Program-made: the position numbers and the translations under genes
In this document: positions 31,545 to 44,680 of the stretch, piece by piece
Layout of the letters: each line of letters starts with the position of its first letter
Position numbering within the stretch: position 1 is the stretch's first letter
Notes under the pieces: model-generated
Database searches by the model: none
What the model was told of the DNA's origin: nothing
The model's input: only the letters and a program-made list of their open reading frames with translations
Source: Gammaproteobacteria bacterium
GTDB lineage: Bacteria; Pseudomonadota; Gammaproteobacteria; JBCCGL01
DNA length: 64,000 nt
Direction: 5' to 3'
NCBI GenBank assembly: GCA_965277715.1
Contig: OZ255836.1
Coordinates: 3,392,001 to 3,456,000 of the forward strand

Positions 31545-31645
31545 GACTTTGTGTATTTCAACCGTTTTGGCTGAGTACATCAAAGACCGCAGGTGTTGCC
31601 TGAGAACGTGACGGGCCACTTAATTGCCTGCGTAGATGGATGAGC
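31545..31645 (+). promoter_or_regulatory. L10 leader (rplJ autoregulatory RNA), approximate extent
   Basis: AAGACCGCAGG...CTTAA...CCTGCGTAGA upstream of rplJ. Confidence 0.6.
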
Positions 31646-31775
31646 CGGACACTACATCGATTACTTACCTATCGATGGCATGGCAGGCTCACCAAAATGG
31701 GGTGATGCACTCGTTGCATCACTGTTCTTAAAACCCTGTTGGACCCGTTATTGGGCCAACAAAGTGAGGTGCTCT

Positions 31776-32303
31776 ATGGCGCTGAATCTCGAAGAGAAAA
31801 AAGCGGTTGTCGCCGAAGTTGCCGAAGTGGCAGCGAGTGCGCATTCCGCCGTGGCAGTCGAGTACAGGGGTTTGACCGTCGACCAGTTGACCGGTTTACG
31901 GGTACAGGCACGCAATGAAAATGTTTATCTGCGTGTCGTCAAAAACAGCCTGGCCCGACGTGCTATCGAGGGAACTGCGTTTGAGTGTATGGGGGAAAAC
32001 CTGAGTGGGCCGTTGATGTTGGCCTTTTCAAGGGAAGATCCCGGTGCAGCAGCCCGTATTCTGCGTGAATTTGCCAAGCAGAACAATAAGCTGATTATGC
32101 ACAGTGCGGCGGTTGGCGGGCAACTGCTGAGTGCGGCGGAAGTGGATAGGCTGGCTGATATGCCAACCCACGATCAGGCTATCTCTATGTTGATGTCTGT
32201 TATGCAGGCCCCGGTTACAAAACTGGCGCGCACACTTAATGAAGTTCCTGGCAAGCTGGTTCGCACTGTGGAAGCTGTCCGCATAGCGAAGCAAGCGGCT
32301 TGA
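31776..32303 (+). CDS. rplJ: 50S ribosomal protein L10
   Basis: MALNLEEKKAVV, YRGLTV, VVKNSL; GAGGT RBS. Confidence 0.96.
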   Translation: MALNLEEKKAVVAEVAEVAASAHSAVAVEYRGLTVDQLTGLRVQARNENVYLRVVKNSLARRAIEGTAFECMGENLSGPLMLAFSREDPGAAARILREFAKQNNKLIMHSAAVGGQLLSAAEVDRLADMPTHDQAISMLMSVMQAPVTKLARTLNEVPGKLVRTVEAVRIAKQAA

Positions 32304-32378
32304 TTTTGCTATTAATTTAACCCGCTTTATGCAAGATGGTTTAATTCTTGCTTTAGCACTGATAACCTGGAGCCTATG

Positions 32379-32753
32379 ATGGCTGTTTCTAAAGAAGATA
32401 TTCTCGAAAGTATTTCCAACATGACGGTGATCGAAGTCGTCGATCTCATCTCTGCTATGGAAGAAAAATTTGGTGTAAGCGCTGCCGCTGCTGTCGCTGC
32501 CCCTGCCGCTGTTGCGGCTGATGCAGCCCCTGCAGAAGAGCAAACCGAGTTTGACGTTATGCTCACCAGCTTTGGTGAAAACAAAGTGGCCGTTATTAAG
32601 GCGGTACGTGCAATCACCGGTCTTGGCTTGAAAGAAGCGAAAGGCCTGGTTGAAAGCGCACCGGCTGCGGTTAAAGAAGCCGCCAGCCAGGGTGAAGCTG
32701 ACGACATCAAAAAACAGCTTGAGGAAGCTGGCGCAAGCGTTGAACTTAAGTAA
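32379..32753 (+). CDS. rplL: 50S ribosomal protein L7/L12
   Basis: [16 protein letters not shown]. Confidence 0.97.
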   Translation: MAVSKEDILESISNMTVIEVVDLISAMEEKFGVSAAAAVAAPAAVAADAAPAEEQTEFDVMLTSFGENKVAVIKAVRAITGLGLKEAKGLVESAPAAVKEAASQGEADDIKKQLEEAGASVELK

Positions 32754-32800
32754 ACAAGTGCAAATACCCGGGCTGCCGGTTTACGGCTAGCCCGAATGAT

Positions 32801-32828
32801 GGCCGGTAGTTTTGCTGCCGGCCTTTTC
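32801..32828 (+). terminator. rplL-rpoB attenuator/terminator
   Basis: GGCCGGTAG-TTTTG-CTGCCGGCC followed by TTTT. Confidence 0.7.
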
Positions 32829-32929
32829 TTGCTGGTCAGGTTGTTGTTTTAATCTGCCGCAGGGAATGAATGATTTTACGTCGCATTCGGCGGTGCGGCG
32901 TGTACAGGGTTGAATAAAGAGGTACACCA

Positions 32930-35900
32930 ATGGCTTACTCCTTTACAGAGAAAAAACGCATTCGCAAGGACTTTGGCAAACGTACATCGATTCTGGATGC
33001 ACCATTTTTGCTGCAAACGCAGCTCGATTCGTACCGCACTTTTTTACAGGCCGATAAAACGGCCGAAGAGCGAGTCGATATCGGTTTACAGGGTGCTTTC
33101 AATTCTGTTTTGCCCATCATTAGTTATTCGGGCAATGTCGAGCTTCAGTATGTGAGCTACAAGCTGGGTAAACCGGCGTTTGAAGAGGTCGAGTGTAAAA
33201 TTCGCAGCCTTACCTACTCGGCACCGCTACGCGTGTTGGTACGCCTGGTGATTTTTGACAAAAACGCCCCGGCCAGCAGTAAAGTCGTCAAAGACATCAA
33301 GGAGCAGGAAGTGTTCATGGGTGAACTGCCGCTGATGACCCAAACCGGCACATTTATTATCAATGGTACCGAGCGTGTTATCGTCTCACAGCTACACCGT
33401 TCTCCGGGCGTATTTTTTGACCACGATAAGGGCAAAACGCACTCCTCTGGAAAACTGCTGTTCTCTGCGCGGGTGATTCCCTATCGCGGTTCCTGGCTGG
33501 ATTTTGAATTCGACCCTAAAGATTGCATTTTTACGCGTATCGACCGCCGTCGAAAACTGCCCGCCACTATATTGCTGCGGGCGCTGGGCTATACCACCCA
33601 GGAAATACTCGATACCTTTTTTGAAACGCACAACCTGACGTTTGGGCAAGACAAGATCGAGCTCGATTTGGTCCCCGAGCGTTTGCGCGGTGACACGGCC
33701 GCATTTGATATTAAGGTCAAAAAGAAAGTCATCGTTGAAGCGGGGCGCCGTATCACCATGAAGCACATCCGCGATCTGACCAAAGCGGGTGTCGAAAAAC
33801 TGGAAGTGACCCAGGAATACCTGATGGGTAAGGTGTTGGCGCACGATATTATCGATGAGTCGACTGGCGAAGTGGTATTCAACGCCAATGATGAAATCAC
33901 GGAAGAAGTGCTGCAAAAGATTATTGATTTGGGCGTGGCAAGCTGCCGGGTGCTGTATACCAATGACCTCGATCGTGGCGCTTATATCTCAAATACATTG
34001 CGCATTGACGCGAGCCGTACCGACATTGAGGCACAGGTTGAAATTTACCGCATGATGCGCCCCGGTGAACCACCGACCAAAGACGCCACCCAGGCACTGT
34101 TTAAAAACCTGTTTTTCTCTGAAGACCGCTACGACCTGTCTGCGGTTGGGCGAATGAAATTTAACCGCCGCTTGGGCCGGGAGGAAATTGTCGGCCCCGG
34201 TGTGCTGGATAAGGAAGACATTCTCGCCGTACTCAGTGAGCTGATTAATATCCGTAACGGCAAGGGCGTGGTCGACGATATCGACCACCTGGGCAATCGC
34301 CGCATTCGCTGTGTGGGCGAAATGGCTGAGAACGTATTTCGCATTGGCCTGGTGCGTGTCGAGCGTGCGGTGCGCGAGCGCCTGAGCATGGTCGAGAGCG
34401 AAGGCCTGATGCCGCAGGACATTATTAATGCCAAGCCGGTTGCCGCTGCGGTACGTGAATTCTTTGGCTCCAGCCAGCTCTCGCAGTTTATGGATCAAAA
34501 TAACCCACTGTCAGAAGTGACACACAAACGGCGTGTTTCGGCGCTTGGCCCCGGCGGTCTAACGCGTGAACGAGCAGGCTTTGAAGTGCGCGATGTCCAT
34601 CCAACGCACTACGGTCGGGTGTGCCCGATTGAAACCCCGGAAGGGCCAAACATCGGCCTTATCAACTCGCTGTCGGTGTATGCACGCACGAACACGTATG
34701 GCTTTCTGGAAACCCCGTACCGCAAAGTGGTCGACGGAAAAGTCACCGAAGAAGTCGAATACCTCTCTGCGATTGAAGAGGGCAACTACATCATCGCCCA
34801 GGCAAACGCCACACTGAATACCAAAGGCAGCCTGACCGATGGGTTGGTGTCCTGTCGCCACATGAATGAATTTTCTATGGCGACCCCGGACAAGGTGCAG
34901 TATATGGATGTTTCGCCCAAGCAGATCGTCTCGGTGGCGGCATCGATGATCCCCTTCCTGGAGCACGATGATGCCAACCGCGCATTGATGGGGTCAAACA
35001 TGCAACGCCAGGCAGTGCCTACACTGCGCGCTGAAAAGCCCCTGGTCGGCACGGGTATGGAGCGTACCGTCGCGGTCGATTCGGGTGCCACCGTTACCGC
35101 CCGCCGTGGTGGTGTGGTCGATTCGGTCGATGCGGCGCGCATCGTTGTGCGCGTTAGCGATGAAGAGGCCGGAGACGACAACGTCGGGGTCGATATTTAC
35201 ACACTGACCAAATACACCCGTTCCAACCAGAACACCTGCATCAACCAAAAGCCACTGGTATCGCCTGGCGATATTATTGCGCGTGGTGATGTGCTCGCCG
35301 ATGGCCCCTCTACCGATATGGGCGAACTGGCGCTGGGGCAAAACATGCTGGTCGCGTTTATGCCGTGGAATGGCTACAACTTTGAAGATTCGATTCTGAT
35401 CTCCGAGCGCGTTGTGCAGGAAGACCGTTTCACCACTATCCACATCGAAGAATTAAGCTGTGTGGCGCGTGATACCAAGCTGGGGCCGGAGGAAATTACA
35501 GCGGATATTCCCAATGTCAATGAAGGCCTGCTGTCAAAGCTGGACGAGTCGGGCATTGTCTATGTGGGCGCAGAGGTTAAGCCGGGCGATATACTGGTCG
35601 GTAAAGTCACTCCTAAAGGTGAAACCCAGCTAACCCCGGAAGAAAAACTGCTGCGCGCCATTTTTGGTGAGAAAGCCTCCGATGTTAAAGACACCTCACA
35701 ACGTGTGCCCTCCGGTATGGACGGTACAGTCATCGATGTGCGCGTATTCACCCGCGATGGTGTCGATAAAGACACGCGTGCGCTGGACATTGAAAAAGAC
35801 GAACTCAAGCAGGTGCGCAAAGACCTCGACGATCAACTGCGCATTATCGAAGATGATATCTTTGCCCGTGTGGAAAAATTAATTGTCGGCGGTATTGTCG

Positions 35901-37012
35901 CCAAAGCGCCGGGTGGTTTGGGCAAGGGTGACACCGTTAATAAAGCCTACCTCGACGAGTTGGAGCGCGAGCAGTGGTTTGATATCGGCATGAAAGACGA
36001 AGAGGTCAATCTGCAACTGGAAAAATCGCTGGTGCAGATCAAAGATCAGCGCGAACTGTTTGACCGGAAATTCCTTGAACAGAAAGAAAAAATCACCTCG
36101 GGTGATGATCTGGCGCCCGGCGTGTTGAAGATGGTCAAGGTGTATCTGGCGGTAAAACGCCGCCTGCAACCCGGTGATAAAATGGCGGGTCGTCACGGTA
36201 ACAAAGGAGTTATCTCGATGATCGTGCCGCGTGAAGATATGCCGTATATGGCAGACGGCACGTCGGTCGATGTGGCGCTCAACCCGCTGGGTGTTCCCTC
36301 GCGTATGAACGTTGGCCAGGTGCTGGAAACACACCTGGGCTGGGCGGCCAAAGGGCTGGGTAAAAAGATTGGCCAGCTACTCGATGCGCAAAAGAAAGTC
36401 AACGAAGTGCGCTCGTTCCTCGACAAAATATACAACCACAAACAATCGGTTAACAAGGTCGACCTGAAAAGCCTGAGTGACGTGGAAATTATGACGATGG
36501 CGCGCAACCTACGGGCAGGTGTGCCGATGGCAACCCCGGTATTTGACGGCGCCAGCGAGGCGGAAATCCACGAAATGCTGGCGCTGGCCGGTTTGCCTGA
36601 AAGTGGTCAGGCCGAGCTGATCGACGGGCGCACGGGCGATGGGTTTGGTCGGCCAGTAACGGTTGGCTACATGCATATGCTCAAGCTCAACCACCTGGTC
36701 GATGACAAAATGCACGCCCGTTCAACCGGGCCGTACAGCCTGGTTACCCAGCAGCCCCTGGGCGGTAAAGCGCAGTTTGGTGGCCAGCGTTTTGGGGAAA
36801 TGGAGGTATGGGCGCTGGAAGCGTATGGCGCTGCATACACCCTCCAGGAAATGCTTACTGTGAAGTCTGATGATGTCAATGGCCGTAACAAGATGTACAA
36901 AAACATCGTCGATGGCGACCACCGGATGGAAGCGGGTATGCCGGAATCCTTCAATGTACTGTTGAAAGAAATCCGCTCGCTGGGCATCAATATTGAGCTC
37001 GACCAAGATTAA
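32930..37012 (+). CDS. rpoB: RNA polymerase beta subunit
   Basis: 1360 aa; [21 protein letters not shown]. Confidence 0.99.
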   Translation: MAYSFTEKKRIRKDFGKRTSILDAPFLLQTQLDSYRTFLQADKTAEERVDIGLQGAFNSVLPIISYSGNVELQYVSYKLGKPAFEEVECKIRSLTYSAPLRVLVRLVIFDKNAPASSKVVKDIKEQEVFMGELPLMTQTGTFIINGTERVIVSQLHRSPGVFFDHDKGKTHSSGKLLFSARVIPYRGSWLDFEFDPKDCIFTRIDRRRKLPATILLRALGYTTQEILDTFFETHNLTFGQDKIELDLVPERLRGDTAAFDIKVKKKVIVEAGRRITMKHIRDLTKAGVEKLEVTQEYLMGKVLAHDIIDESTGEVVFNANDEITEEVLQKIIDLGVASCRVLYTNDLDRGAYISNTLRIDASRTDIEAQVEIYRMMRPGEPPTKDATQALFKNLFFSEDRYDLSAVGRMKFNRRLGREEIVGPGVLDKEDILAVLSELINIRNGKGVVDDIDHLGNRRIRCVGEMAENVFRIGLVRVERAVRERLSMVESEGLMPQDIINAKPVAAAVREFFGSSQLSQFMDQNNPLSEVTHKRRVSALGPGGLTRERAGFEVRDVHPTHYGRVCPIETPEGPNIGLINSLSVYARTNTYGFLETPYRKVVDGKVTEEVEYLSAIEEGNYIIAQANATLNTKGSLTDGLVSCRHMNEFSMATPDKVQYMDVSPKQIVSVAASMIPFLEHDDANRALMGSNMQRQAVPTLRAEKPLVGTGMERTVAVDSGATVTARRGGVVDSVDAARIVVRVSDEEAGDDNVGVDIYTLTKYTRSNQNTCINQKPLVSPGDIIARGDVLADGPSTDMGELALGQNMLVAFMPWNGYNFEDSILISERVVQEDRFTTIHIEELSCVARDTKLGPEEITADIPNVNEGLLSKLDESGIVYVGAEVKPGDILVGKVTPKGETQLTPEEKLLRAIFGEKASDVKDTSQRVPSGMDGTVIDVRVFTRDGVDKDTRALDIEKDELKQVRKDLDDQLRIIEDDIFARVEKLIVGGIVAKAPGGLGKGDTVNKAYLDELEREQWFDIGMKDEEVNLQLEKSLVQIKDQRELFDRKFLEQKEKITSGDDLAPGVLKMVKVYLAVKRRLQPGDKMAGRHGNKGVISMIVPREDMPYMADGTSVDVALNPLGVPSRMNVGQVLETHLGWAAKGLGKKIGQLLDAQKKVNEVRSFLDKIYNHKQSVNKVDLKSLSDVEIMTMARNLRAGVPMATPVFDGASEAEIHEMLALAGLPESGQAELIDGRTGDGFGRPVTVGYMHMLKLNHLVDDKMHARSTGPYSLVTQQPLGGKAQFGGQRFGEMEVWALEAYGAAYTLQEMLTVKSDDVNGRNKMYKNIVDGDHRMEAGMPESFNVLLKEIRSLGINIELDQD

Positions 37013-37088
37013 GTCCAGCGCCGTCAGCCAATAGGCAGATGACCGCTACATACAGAATACGCTGATACATTTAGCGACCGGAGATACC

Positions 37089-40000
37089 ATGAAAGATTTA
37101 CTTAATCTCTACAAAGTACAGGGACAAGTAGAAGACTTTGATTCAATTCGAATCGGTCTCGCCTCGCCCGATATGATCCGTTCCTGGTCATACGGTGAAG
37201 TGCGCAAGCCGGAAACCATCAACTACCGCACCTTTAAGCCGGAGCGCGATGGGCTGTTCTGCGCCAAGATCTTTGGCCCGGTAAAAGACTATGAGTGCCT
37301 GTGTGGTAAATACAAACGCCTCAAACACCGGGGAGTTGTCTGCGAAAAATGCGGGGTTGAAGTCACCCAAATCAAAGTGCGCCGCGAACGCATGGGGCAT
37401 ATCGACCTCGCCAGCCCCTGCGCGCACATCTGGTTTTTGAAATCGCTGCCCTCGCGCATTGGCCTGCTATTGGATATGACGCTGCGTGAAATCGAACGCA
37501 TTTTGTACTTTGAAGCCTACGTAGTGATCGACCCGGGCCTGACGACACTGGAAAAAGGCCAGTTGCTCTCTGATGAACAATACCTGGAGGCGATAGAGGA
37601 ACACGGCGATGAGTTCGACGCCCGCATGGGTGCTGAAGCCGTGCGCGATCTGCTCAAAGTCGTCGACCTGGAAAGAGAAGACCGCCGCCTGCGTGAGGAA
37701 ATGAGCGAAACCAAATCGGAAACCAAAATCAAACGCTACTCCAAGCGGTTGAAACTGATCGAATCGTTTGTCGACTCTGGTAACAAGCCGGAGTGGATGG
37801 TAATGACCGTACTGCCGGTATTGCCACCGGATCTGCGCCCGCTGGTGCCACTGGATGGTGGGCGATTCGCCACCTCCGATTTGAACGATTTATACCGCCG
37901 TGTGATCAACCGCAACAACCGCCTGCGCCGCCTGCTGGAACTGAATGCACCGGACATTATCGTGCGCAACGAAAAGCGCATGTTGCAGGAATCGGTCGAT
38001 GCACTGCTGGATAATGGCCGCCGTGGCCGTGCGATCACAGGCAGCAACAAACGCCCGCTAAAATCACTGGCAGATATGATTAAAGGTAAGCAGGGGCGTT
38101 TCCGCCAAAACCTGCTGGGCAAACGCGTCGACTACTCGGGGCGCTCCGTTATCGTGGTTGGCCCTACCCTAAAGCTCCACCAGTGCGGTCTGCCAAAAAA
38201 GATGGCGCTGGAACTGTTTAAGCCCTTTATCTTCAGCAAACTGCACTTGCGCGGCCAGGCCACCACCATCAAGGCGGCAAAGAAAATGGTCGAGCGCGAA
38301 GGTGGAGAGGTCTGGGATATTCTCGAAGAAGTGATTCGCGAACACCCGGTCATGCTGAACCGGGCGCCCACCTTGCACCGGCTGGGCATCCAGGCATTTG
38401 AGCCGGTGTTGGTTGAAGGTAAAGCCATCCAGCTACACCCATTGGTGTGCGCCGCGTTTAACGCCGACTTTGACGGCGACCAAATGGCCGTGCACGTACC
38501 GCTGGGCATTGAGGCACAACTGGAAGCGCGTGCACTAATGATGTCCAGCAATAACGTGCTCTCTCCTGCCAACGGTGAGCCGATTATTGTTCCCTCGCAG
38601 GACATCGTACTGGGTCTGTACTATATGACCCGCGAAAAAATCAACGCCAAAGGTGAGGGCATGGTATTTGCCGATATCATCGAATGCCGACGGGCGTTTG
38701 ACCTCGGTTTAGTCGATTTACAGGCAATTGTTCAAGTCCGTGTTAAAGATCTACTGGAAAATCAGGACGGTGACAGCACGATGGGCATTCGCCGTGCAAA
38801 AACCACCGTGGGCCGGGCCATCGTATCTGAATTGTTGCCCGATGGCCTGCCGTTTAAACTGGTCGATCGCGACTTGTCGAAAAAGGCCATCTCCAACTTG
38901 ATCAATGTGTGTTACCGCCAGATTGGTTTAAAAGAGACCGTCGTTTTCGCCGATCAACTGATGTACACCGGCTTTAGATACGCCACCTTCTCCGGCGTGT
39001 CGATTGGTGTGGAAGACATGGTTATCCCCCAGGAGAAATACGACATCATCGATGGGGCTGAGAGCGAAGTAAAAGAAATCGAAAACCAGTACTCATCCGG
39101 CCTGGTTACCTTTGGTGAGCGCTACAACAAAGTAGTCGATATCTGGTCACACGCCAACGAACAAGTGGCCACCGCTATGATGGGCAAGCTGGGCACCGAA
39201 CAGGTTGAAAATGCGGCGGGCGAAACCGTCGAGCAGAAATCATTCAACTCTATTTACATGATGGCCGACTCGGGTGCGCGTGGTTCTGCGGCGCAAATCA
39301 GGCAACTGGCCGGGATGCGCGGCCTGATGGCCAAGCCGGATGGGTCGATTATTGAAACGCCCATCACCGCCAACTTCCGCGAGGGCTTGAACGTACTGCA
39401 ATACTTTATCTCCACACACGGTGCGCGCAAGGGCCTGGCTGATACCGCCTTGAAAACGGCGAACTCCGGTTACCTGACCCGCCGCCTGGTTGACGTTGGC
39501 CAGGACATGGTCGTCACCGAAGTCGACTGCGGTGTTGAAGAAGGCTTGACAATGACGCCAGTGATTGAGGGGGGGGATGTTGTCGAGCCTTTGAGCGAGC
39601 GCGTCCTGGGGCGTGTTGTCGTGCATGACATCTGCCGTCCGGGCACCGATGAAGTCATTATCGAAAAAGGTACATTAATCGATGAAGCCTGTGTCGATAT
39701 CTTTGAAGCGGCGAGTGTCGACCAGATTATCGTGCGCACATCGATTAGCTGTAAGGCTAAATTTGGTGTGTGTGCCAAATGCTACGGTCGCGATCTGGCG
39801 CGTGGCAACCTAATCGACCAGGGCGAAGCGGTGGGCGTTATGGCGGCACAATCCATCGGTGAGCCGGGCACCCAGTTGACCATGCGCACCTTCCACATCG
39901 GCGGCGCGGCCAGTCGTTCTGCCGCAGCCAACAACGTAGAAATAAAATACGGTGGCAGCGTCCGTTTCCACAACCTCAAACACGTCAGCAACAAAAACGA

Positions 40001-41330
40001 CAACGTCGTCGCGGTTTCGCGCTCGGGCGAATTGGGTGTTGTCGATGAAAATGGCCGTGAGCGCGAACGCTACAAAATCCCTTATGGTGCCGTTATCACA
40101 GTGGCCGACAAGGGTGCCGTTGAGGCGGGGCAGGTCGTGGCTACCTGGGACCCGCACACCCACCCAATCATCACCGAAGTGGCCGGTGTGTTGCAGTTTA
40201 GCGACTTCCTTGAAGGCGCCAGCGTTAACACCGAGACAGATGAAATCACCGGCTTGTCATCGAGTGTGGTCATCGACCCGAAACAGCGCCGCAGCAGTGG
40301 TAAAGACCTGCGCCCAATGATCAAACTGGTCGACGCTGAAGGCAATGACCTGTGTTACATCAGTACAGATATCCCCGCGCATTACTTCCTGCCCACCGGA
40401 GCCATCGTCAACCTTGAAGACGGTGCCCACGTGGAAGTGGGTGACGTGGTTGCCCGTATCCCACAAGAGTCTTCAAAAACCCGCGACATTACCGGTGGCC
40501 TGCCGCGTGTGGCCGACTTGTTTGAAGCGCGCAAACCGAAAGAGCCTGCGATCCTGGCTGAAATTACCGGCACCATCAGCTTTGGTAAAGAGACCAAAGG
40601 TAAGCAGCGCCTGGTTATCACCGGCGACCACGACGAGCGCTACGAAGAGCTGATTCCAAAATGGCGTCACGTCAATGTGTTTGAAGGTGAGCGCGTCGAG
40701 CGCGGTGAAATGATCGCCGATGGCGAACCTAACCCGCAGGACATCCTGCGCCTGCTGGGCGTTGCCGAGCTGGCTGCCTACCTGGTCAAGGAAATTCAGG
40801 ATGTTTACCGCCTGCAAGGCGTGAAAATCAACGACAAACACATCGAAGTGATCGTCCGGCAGATGTTGCGCAAAGCTGAGATCCTGGAATCGGGTGACTC
40901 AACCTACCTGCGCAGTGAACAGGCAGACTATGCCCGCGTAAAAGAAGCCAACGAACAGCTCGTTGCCGAGGGCAAAGAACCGGCCAAATTTGAGCGTATT
41001 TTATTGGGTATCACCAAGGCATCACTGGTTACCGATTCGTTTATTTCGGCGGCCTCTTTCCAGGAAACCACGCGGGTACTCACCGAAGCCGCCGTGCGCG
41101 GTGCCAAAGACGAACTGCGCGGCCTGAAAGAAAACGTCATTGTGGGTCGACTGATCCCGGCGGGCACAGGCCTGGCGTTCCACGAAGAGCGGCGTCAACG
41201 CCGTGAATCGTTATCATTTGAGGCGTTTGCAGCGTCTGATATGGCCACGGGCGGAGAGACCAGTGTCGTAGAAGGCGTCGAAGCCGCTGGTGATGTTGTT
41301 GCAGAGGAAACGCAGGAAACAAACATTTGA
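37089..41330 (+). CDS. rpoC: RNA polymerase beta' subunit
   Basis: NADFDGD, N-terminal Zn finger. Confidence 0.99.
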   Translation: MKDLLNLYKVQGQVEDFDSIRIGLASPDMIRSWSYGEVRKPETINYRTFKPERDGLFCAKIFGPVKDYECLCGKYKRLKHRGVVCEKCGVEVTQIKVRRERMGHIDLASPCAHIWFLKSLPSRIGLLLDMTLREIERILYFEAYVVIDPGLTTLEKGQLLSDEQYLEAIEEHGDEFDARMGAEAVRDLLKVVDLEREDRRLREEMSETKSETKIKRYSKRLKLIESFVDSGNKPEWMVMTVLPVLPPDLRPLVPLDGGRFATSDLNDLYRRVINRNNRLRRLLELNAPDIIVRNEKRMLQESVDALLDNGRRGRAITGSNKRPLKSLADMIKGKQGRFRQNLLGKRVDYSGRSVIVVGPTLKLHQCGLPKKMALELFKPFIFSKLHLRGQATTIKAAKKMVEREGGEVWDILEEVIREHPVMLNRAPTLHRLGIQAFEPVLVEGKAIQLHPLVCAAFNADFDGDQMAVHVPLGIEAQLEARALMMSSNNVLSPANGEPIIVPSQDIVLGLYYMTREKINAKGEGMVFADIIECRRAFDLGLVDLQAIVQVRVKDLLENQDGDSTMGIRRAKTTVGRAIVSELLPDGLPFKLVDRDLSKKAISNLINVCYRQIGLKETVVFADQLMYTGFRYATFSGVSIGVEDMVIPQEKYDIIDGAESEVKEIENQYSSGLVTFGERYNKVVDIWSHANEQVATAMMGKLGTEQVENAAGETVEQKSFNSIYMMADSGARGSAAQIRQLAGMRGLMAKPDGSIIETPITANFREGLNVLQYFISTHGARKGLADTALKTANSGYLTRRLVDVGQDMVVTEVDCGVEEGLTMTPVIEGGDVVEPLSERVLGRVVVHDICRPGTDEVIIEKGTLIDEACVDIFEAASVDQIIVRTSISCKAKFGVCAKCYGRDLARGNLIDQGEAVGVMAAQSIGEPGTQLTMRTFHIGGAASRSAAANNVEIKYGGSVRFHNLKHVSNKNDNVVAVSRSGELGVVDENGRERERYKIPYGAVITVADKGAVEAGQVVATWDPHTHPIITEVAGVLQFSDFLEGASVNTETDEITGLSSSVVIDPKQRRSSGKDLRPMIKLVDAEGNDLCYISTDIPAHYFLPTGAIVNLEDGAHVEVGDVVARIPQESSKTRDITGGLPRVADLFEARKPKEPAILAEITGTISFGKETKGKQRLVITGDHDERYEELIPKWRHVNVFEGERVERGEMIADGEPNPQDILRLLGVAELAAYLVKEIQDVYRLQGVKINDKHIEVIVRQMLRKAEILESGDSTYLRSEQADYARVKEANEQLVAEGKEPAKFERILLGITKASLVTDSFISAASFQETTRVLTEAAVRGAKDELRGLKENVIVGRLIPAGTGLAFHEERRQRRESLSFEAFAASDMATGGETSVVEGVEAAGDVVAEETQETNI

Positions 41331-41354
41331 GCTAACCGCGCTCATTCGGTTTAT

Positions 41355-41386
41355 AACGTGCCTCGCTATTTGACGAGGCACGTTTT
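41355..41386 (+). terminator. Rho-independent terminator after rpoC
   Basis: AACGTGCCTCG...CGAGGCACGTT with trailing Ts. Confidence 0.75.
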
Positions 41387-41610
41387 GGCATAACGTTAGA
41401 GGAAAAAAGATCAGGCGAGTTATTTGCTATTCAACTGATTTTCAATTTGATGCATCACCTCTTTAGGCTCTTCTTGTCTAGACCCCATGTATCAGCTTGC
41501 GTGCAAGTTAATTTATATCAGAAGCCTGTCGAGTCTATACTAAATAACTGGCCTGACCCCCTCTGTTTCCCTCTGTTACTCTGTCGCCCTCTGTCTTTCG
41601 TGATACCCGA

Positions 41611-42324
41611 TTAGCTCAACTCAAATATATCCTTCAAATCCTGGGATGGTCTGTTTTTGGTAAACGAGAGATCCCGCTCGATTTCGTCGAGGTGATCGGT
41701 GGTCAATTGCAGCGCGAGTGCTTCATCCCGCATGGCAATGGCGGCGGTGATTTTTTCGTGCTCATCGTAAGAGCACATAACGTGCTCGGACTTTCCGTAA
41801 AGCCCAATAATGAGCGAGGTGCGGGTAATAAGCTCTTCGAGAATGGTTGCGAGCACACTATTACCGCTCTTTTTGCCCAATAGAATATGAAATTCCCCCG
41901 AGAACTGAATAGCGCTGTGCTCTTCATGTTTGCTTTGTGCTTCGCGGTCTTTGTCGATAAGCGCACGAAAATCATCGATATCTGATTCGGTACAGTTCTC
42001 GATCACTTTGTGAACAATCGTGGTTTCAATGGATCGTCGTGCCTCAAATATATTCTGTGCCTCGTGGGCACTGGGCGTTGCAACGAATGCGCCACGGTTG
42101 GGTTTAAGCTCGACGATGTTCTTATTGGCAAGGCGTTGTAATGCGCTTCGCACCCGGCCCCGCGTCGTTGAAAAAACCTCACAAAGCGATTCTTCCCCCA
42201 ATTTGGTGCCTGCCCGTAGCCGATGACTGAGAATGGCACGGTAGATTTCGTCGACAATCAGTGTATCTGTAAGGGGACGGTTCAAGGGTGATTCCTTGGG
42301 ATAGGGTGGTTTTGAAGGTGTCAT
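41611..42324 (-). CDS. GntR-family regulator (wHTH + FCD)
   Basis: GTKLGEE...RVRSALQRL...PNRGAFV; FHILL. Confidence 0.9.
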   Translation of the reverse strand: MTPSKPPYPKESPLNRPLTDTLIVDEIYRAILSHRLRAGTKLGEESLCEVFSTTRGRVRSALQRLANKNIVELKPNRGAFVATPSAHEAQNIFEARRSIETTIVHKVIENCTESDIDDFRALIDKDREAQSKHEEHSAIQFSGEFHILLGKKSGNSVLATILEELITRTSLIIGLYGKSEHVMCSYDEHEKITAAIAMRDEALALQLTTDHLDEIERDLSFTKNRPSQDLKDIFELS

Positions 42325-42394
42325 GTAGCGTATCCACTTTAGCGGAATAGTAGCCGGTCTGGTTTGCAGAGATCTACTATAATTATCGCTAACA

Positions 42395-42455
42395 ATATTG
42401 TGCACAATATAAATATCCATTAGCATGACGTGGATTACATATTGTTTACAATATG
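42395..42455. promoter_or_regulatory. Two palindromic operators: ATATTGTGCACAATAT (42395-42410) and CATATTGTTTACAATATG (42438-42455)
   Basis: Related palindromes in the divergent gap between the GntR gene and the transporter operon. Confidence 0.75.
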
Positions 42456-42517
42456 AATATAGCAGTGCGGTACAACTACATTAACGACGACAAGGTTTTC
42501 CACTTGGAGGATAAACA

Positions 42518-43708
42518 ATGAACCAACGAAGAAGATTTTTACAATCCCTCGCTGTAACAACAGTGCTTGGCATGGGTGTTTTAACCGGTGCCCAAGCGGA
42601 TAACAAAGTACTGAACATCGGCTTTGTGGGGGTTACCAGCGGCCCTGCCGCCGCCTGGGGTATTTCTAACAAACGCTCAATGGAAGTGCGCGCCGCGTGG
42701 ATCAACGAAACCGGCGGCTGGAAGATAGGCGATACAACATACGATATTAATATTGTCTCGTTCGACGACCAAAAAGACCCTAAACGTGCGATTGCAGGGA
42801 TGGAAAAAATGGCACAGGAAGGCATTCACTACGTGGTTGGTCCCAATGTTGACGATGGCGCTGCCGCCGTTCGCCCAGTGGCCGAGAAGAGCGGGATTAT
42901 GTACTTCCCCTACGCATTTCCTAAATCGCTGTATCAAAAGCCAGCGTCTAACGCCGTGCTGGGCATGATCGCCAACTACCAGTCCGGCCCGGCTATCTAT
43001 AAATACCTGCGTGACAACAAAGGGGTTAAAACCGTCGCGTTTATCGCGGCTAACGAATCTGACCCCCTGAGCCAGCGTGATGGCGGTGTGGCTGCCGCCA
43101 AAGCCTTGGGCCTGGAAGTTGTCTCGGACAATGTTACCTACCAGGTCGATACGACTGATTTCACCCCGGTAATAACCCCCGTATTGCGCAAGCGACCGGA
43201 TTTGCTGGTGTTGTCTGGGGTAGCCCCCGCGAATGCGCCACAGATTATCCGCTCTGCGCGTGAGCTGGGTTTTCAAGGCTTAATGTCGACTGAAACGGCG
43301 CAGGATGCACAGGTACTGGCAGAAGGTGCAGGTGATTTGGCCAACGGCTTTATTTCTGTGGGTGGTGCATCAACACCTGCGATTCGCTCGGCTGAAATGG
43401 AAGAGTTTATTGCCCGGTACACCGCGATGTTTGGCGAATACAACGATGAGTCCAACACCAAGGTATACGCACTCGAATACATCCTTGAAACCTTGAAAAC
43501 CAATCCGGCGGCGATTCAGGATGTCAGCCAGTTTCAGAAAACCATGGATACATTTGAGGTGAAAAATATCTATATGAAAGGCGATGCCAAGCTCAAATAT
43601 GTGGGTACAACGTCGTTCGGCCAAAAGCGTCAAGTGTCTGTACCTATGGTGGTCAATGAGTATCGCGATGGTGAATTCAAAACACTGTTTATCGCTGAAG
43701 TCGATTAA
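42518..43708 (+). CDS. HAAT (Liv-type) ABC transporter substrate-binding protein with a Tat-like signal
   Basis: RRRFL signal, SGPAAAWG, DFTPVI. Confidence 0.88.
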   Translation: MNQRRRFLQSLAVTTVLGMGVLTGAQADNKVLNIGFVGVTSGPAAAWGISNKRSMEVRAAWINETGGWKIGDTTYDINIVSFDDQKDPKRAIAGMEKMAQEGIHYVVGPNVDDGAAAVRPVAEKSGIMYFPYAFPKSLYQKPASNAVLGMIANYQSGPAIYKYLRDNKGVKTVAFIAANESDPLSQRDGGVAAAKALGLEVVSDNVTYQVDTTDFTPVITPVLRKRPDLLVLSGVAPANAPQIIRSARELGFQGLMSTETAQDAQVLAEGAGDLANGFISVGGASTPAIRSAEMEEFIARYTAMFGEYNDESNTKVYALEYILETLKTNPAAIQDVSQFQKTMDTFEVKNIYMKGDAKLKYVGTTSFGQKRQVSVPMVVNEYRDGEFKTLFIAEVD

Positions 43709-43806
43709 TTTTTTGTCAATGGGGTAACGACTCTCTCCTACCTCACTTTGGTAATTTGAGGGCTTTGCTTTAAAGCCCTCATTTTTTTGGTTTTTCTGGT
43801 TTTTTT

Positions 43807-44676
43807 ATGGAACAAGTGATCGCCAACGGGCTATACCTGGGCGCGCAATACGCGCTGATTGCACTCGGCCTAACGCTCATATTCGCGCTGATGAATGTGC
43901 TTAATTTTGCACACGGACAAATGTACGTCGTCGGCGGCTTTGTTACCTACACCTTTTACGGGCAGCTTGGCCTGCCGTTTCCTATTGCACTGTGTGCCTC
44001 TGGCATTACCCTGGCGGTGCTGGGTGCATTAATTGAAAAATACCTGTTTCGCACCGTTATCAGGCGCAGTGTGCGCGAAGAGAGCACGATGCTATTGGCG
44101 GCCGCGATTGCCTTTTTTCTCGATGCGCTCATTCTGCTGATATTCGGTGAGAAACAACGCGGTGTGCCCAAAATAGTGGATGGCGTACTCAACTGGGATT
44201 TTCGAATCATCATGCCGTACGACCGCATTTTTATCGGATTTCTGGCCGTTTTTATTATCGCCGGTTTCGTACTTTATATGCAGTACAGCAAAACCGGTAG
44301 AGCGATGCGCGCACTGGCGCAGGATCGCATCGCGGCCCAGTTGATGGGCGTGCGTGTTGACCGCTATTCAATGATTGGCTTTGCATTGGGCGCGATGCTC
44401 GCCGGTGTTGTTGGTGGTTTATTGGTCACCATTACGGGCGTTAACTCCGGCATTGGCGGGCCGATCTCTATCAAGGCATTTATGATGGTGATGATCGGTG
44501 GGGCGGGGGTTATCTCCGGCGCGATTATCGGTGGATTTATCCTGGGTATGATGGAATCTGTCGGGCTGACCGTACTGTCCCAGTACGGTGATATTACCTA
44601 CCTGGTGATTTTTGCATCGCTGATGATTTTTCTGGCCATTCGCCCGCAAGGGTTGATGGGCAAACCGTGGGGCTGA
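43807..44676 (+). CDS. HAAT ABC permease (LivH-like)
   Basis: NFAHGQ, GRAMRA, RPQGLMG. Confidence 0.9.
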   Translation: MEQVIANGLYLGAQYALIALGLTLIFALMNVLNFAHGQMYVVGGFVTYTFYGQLGLPFPIALCASGITLAVLGALIEKYLFRTVIRRSVREESTMLLAAAIAFFLDALILLIFGEKQRGVPKIVDGVLNWDFRIIMPYDRIFIGFLAVFIIAGFVLYMQYSKTGRAMRALAQDRIAAQLMGVRVDRYSMIGFALGAMLAGVVGGLLVTITGVNSGIGGPISIKAFMMVMIGGAGVISGAIIGGFILGMMESVGLTVLSQYGDITYLVIFASLMIFLAIRPQGLMGKPWG

Positions 44677-44680
44677 TGCA

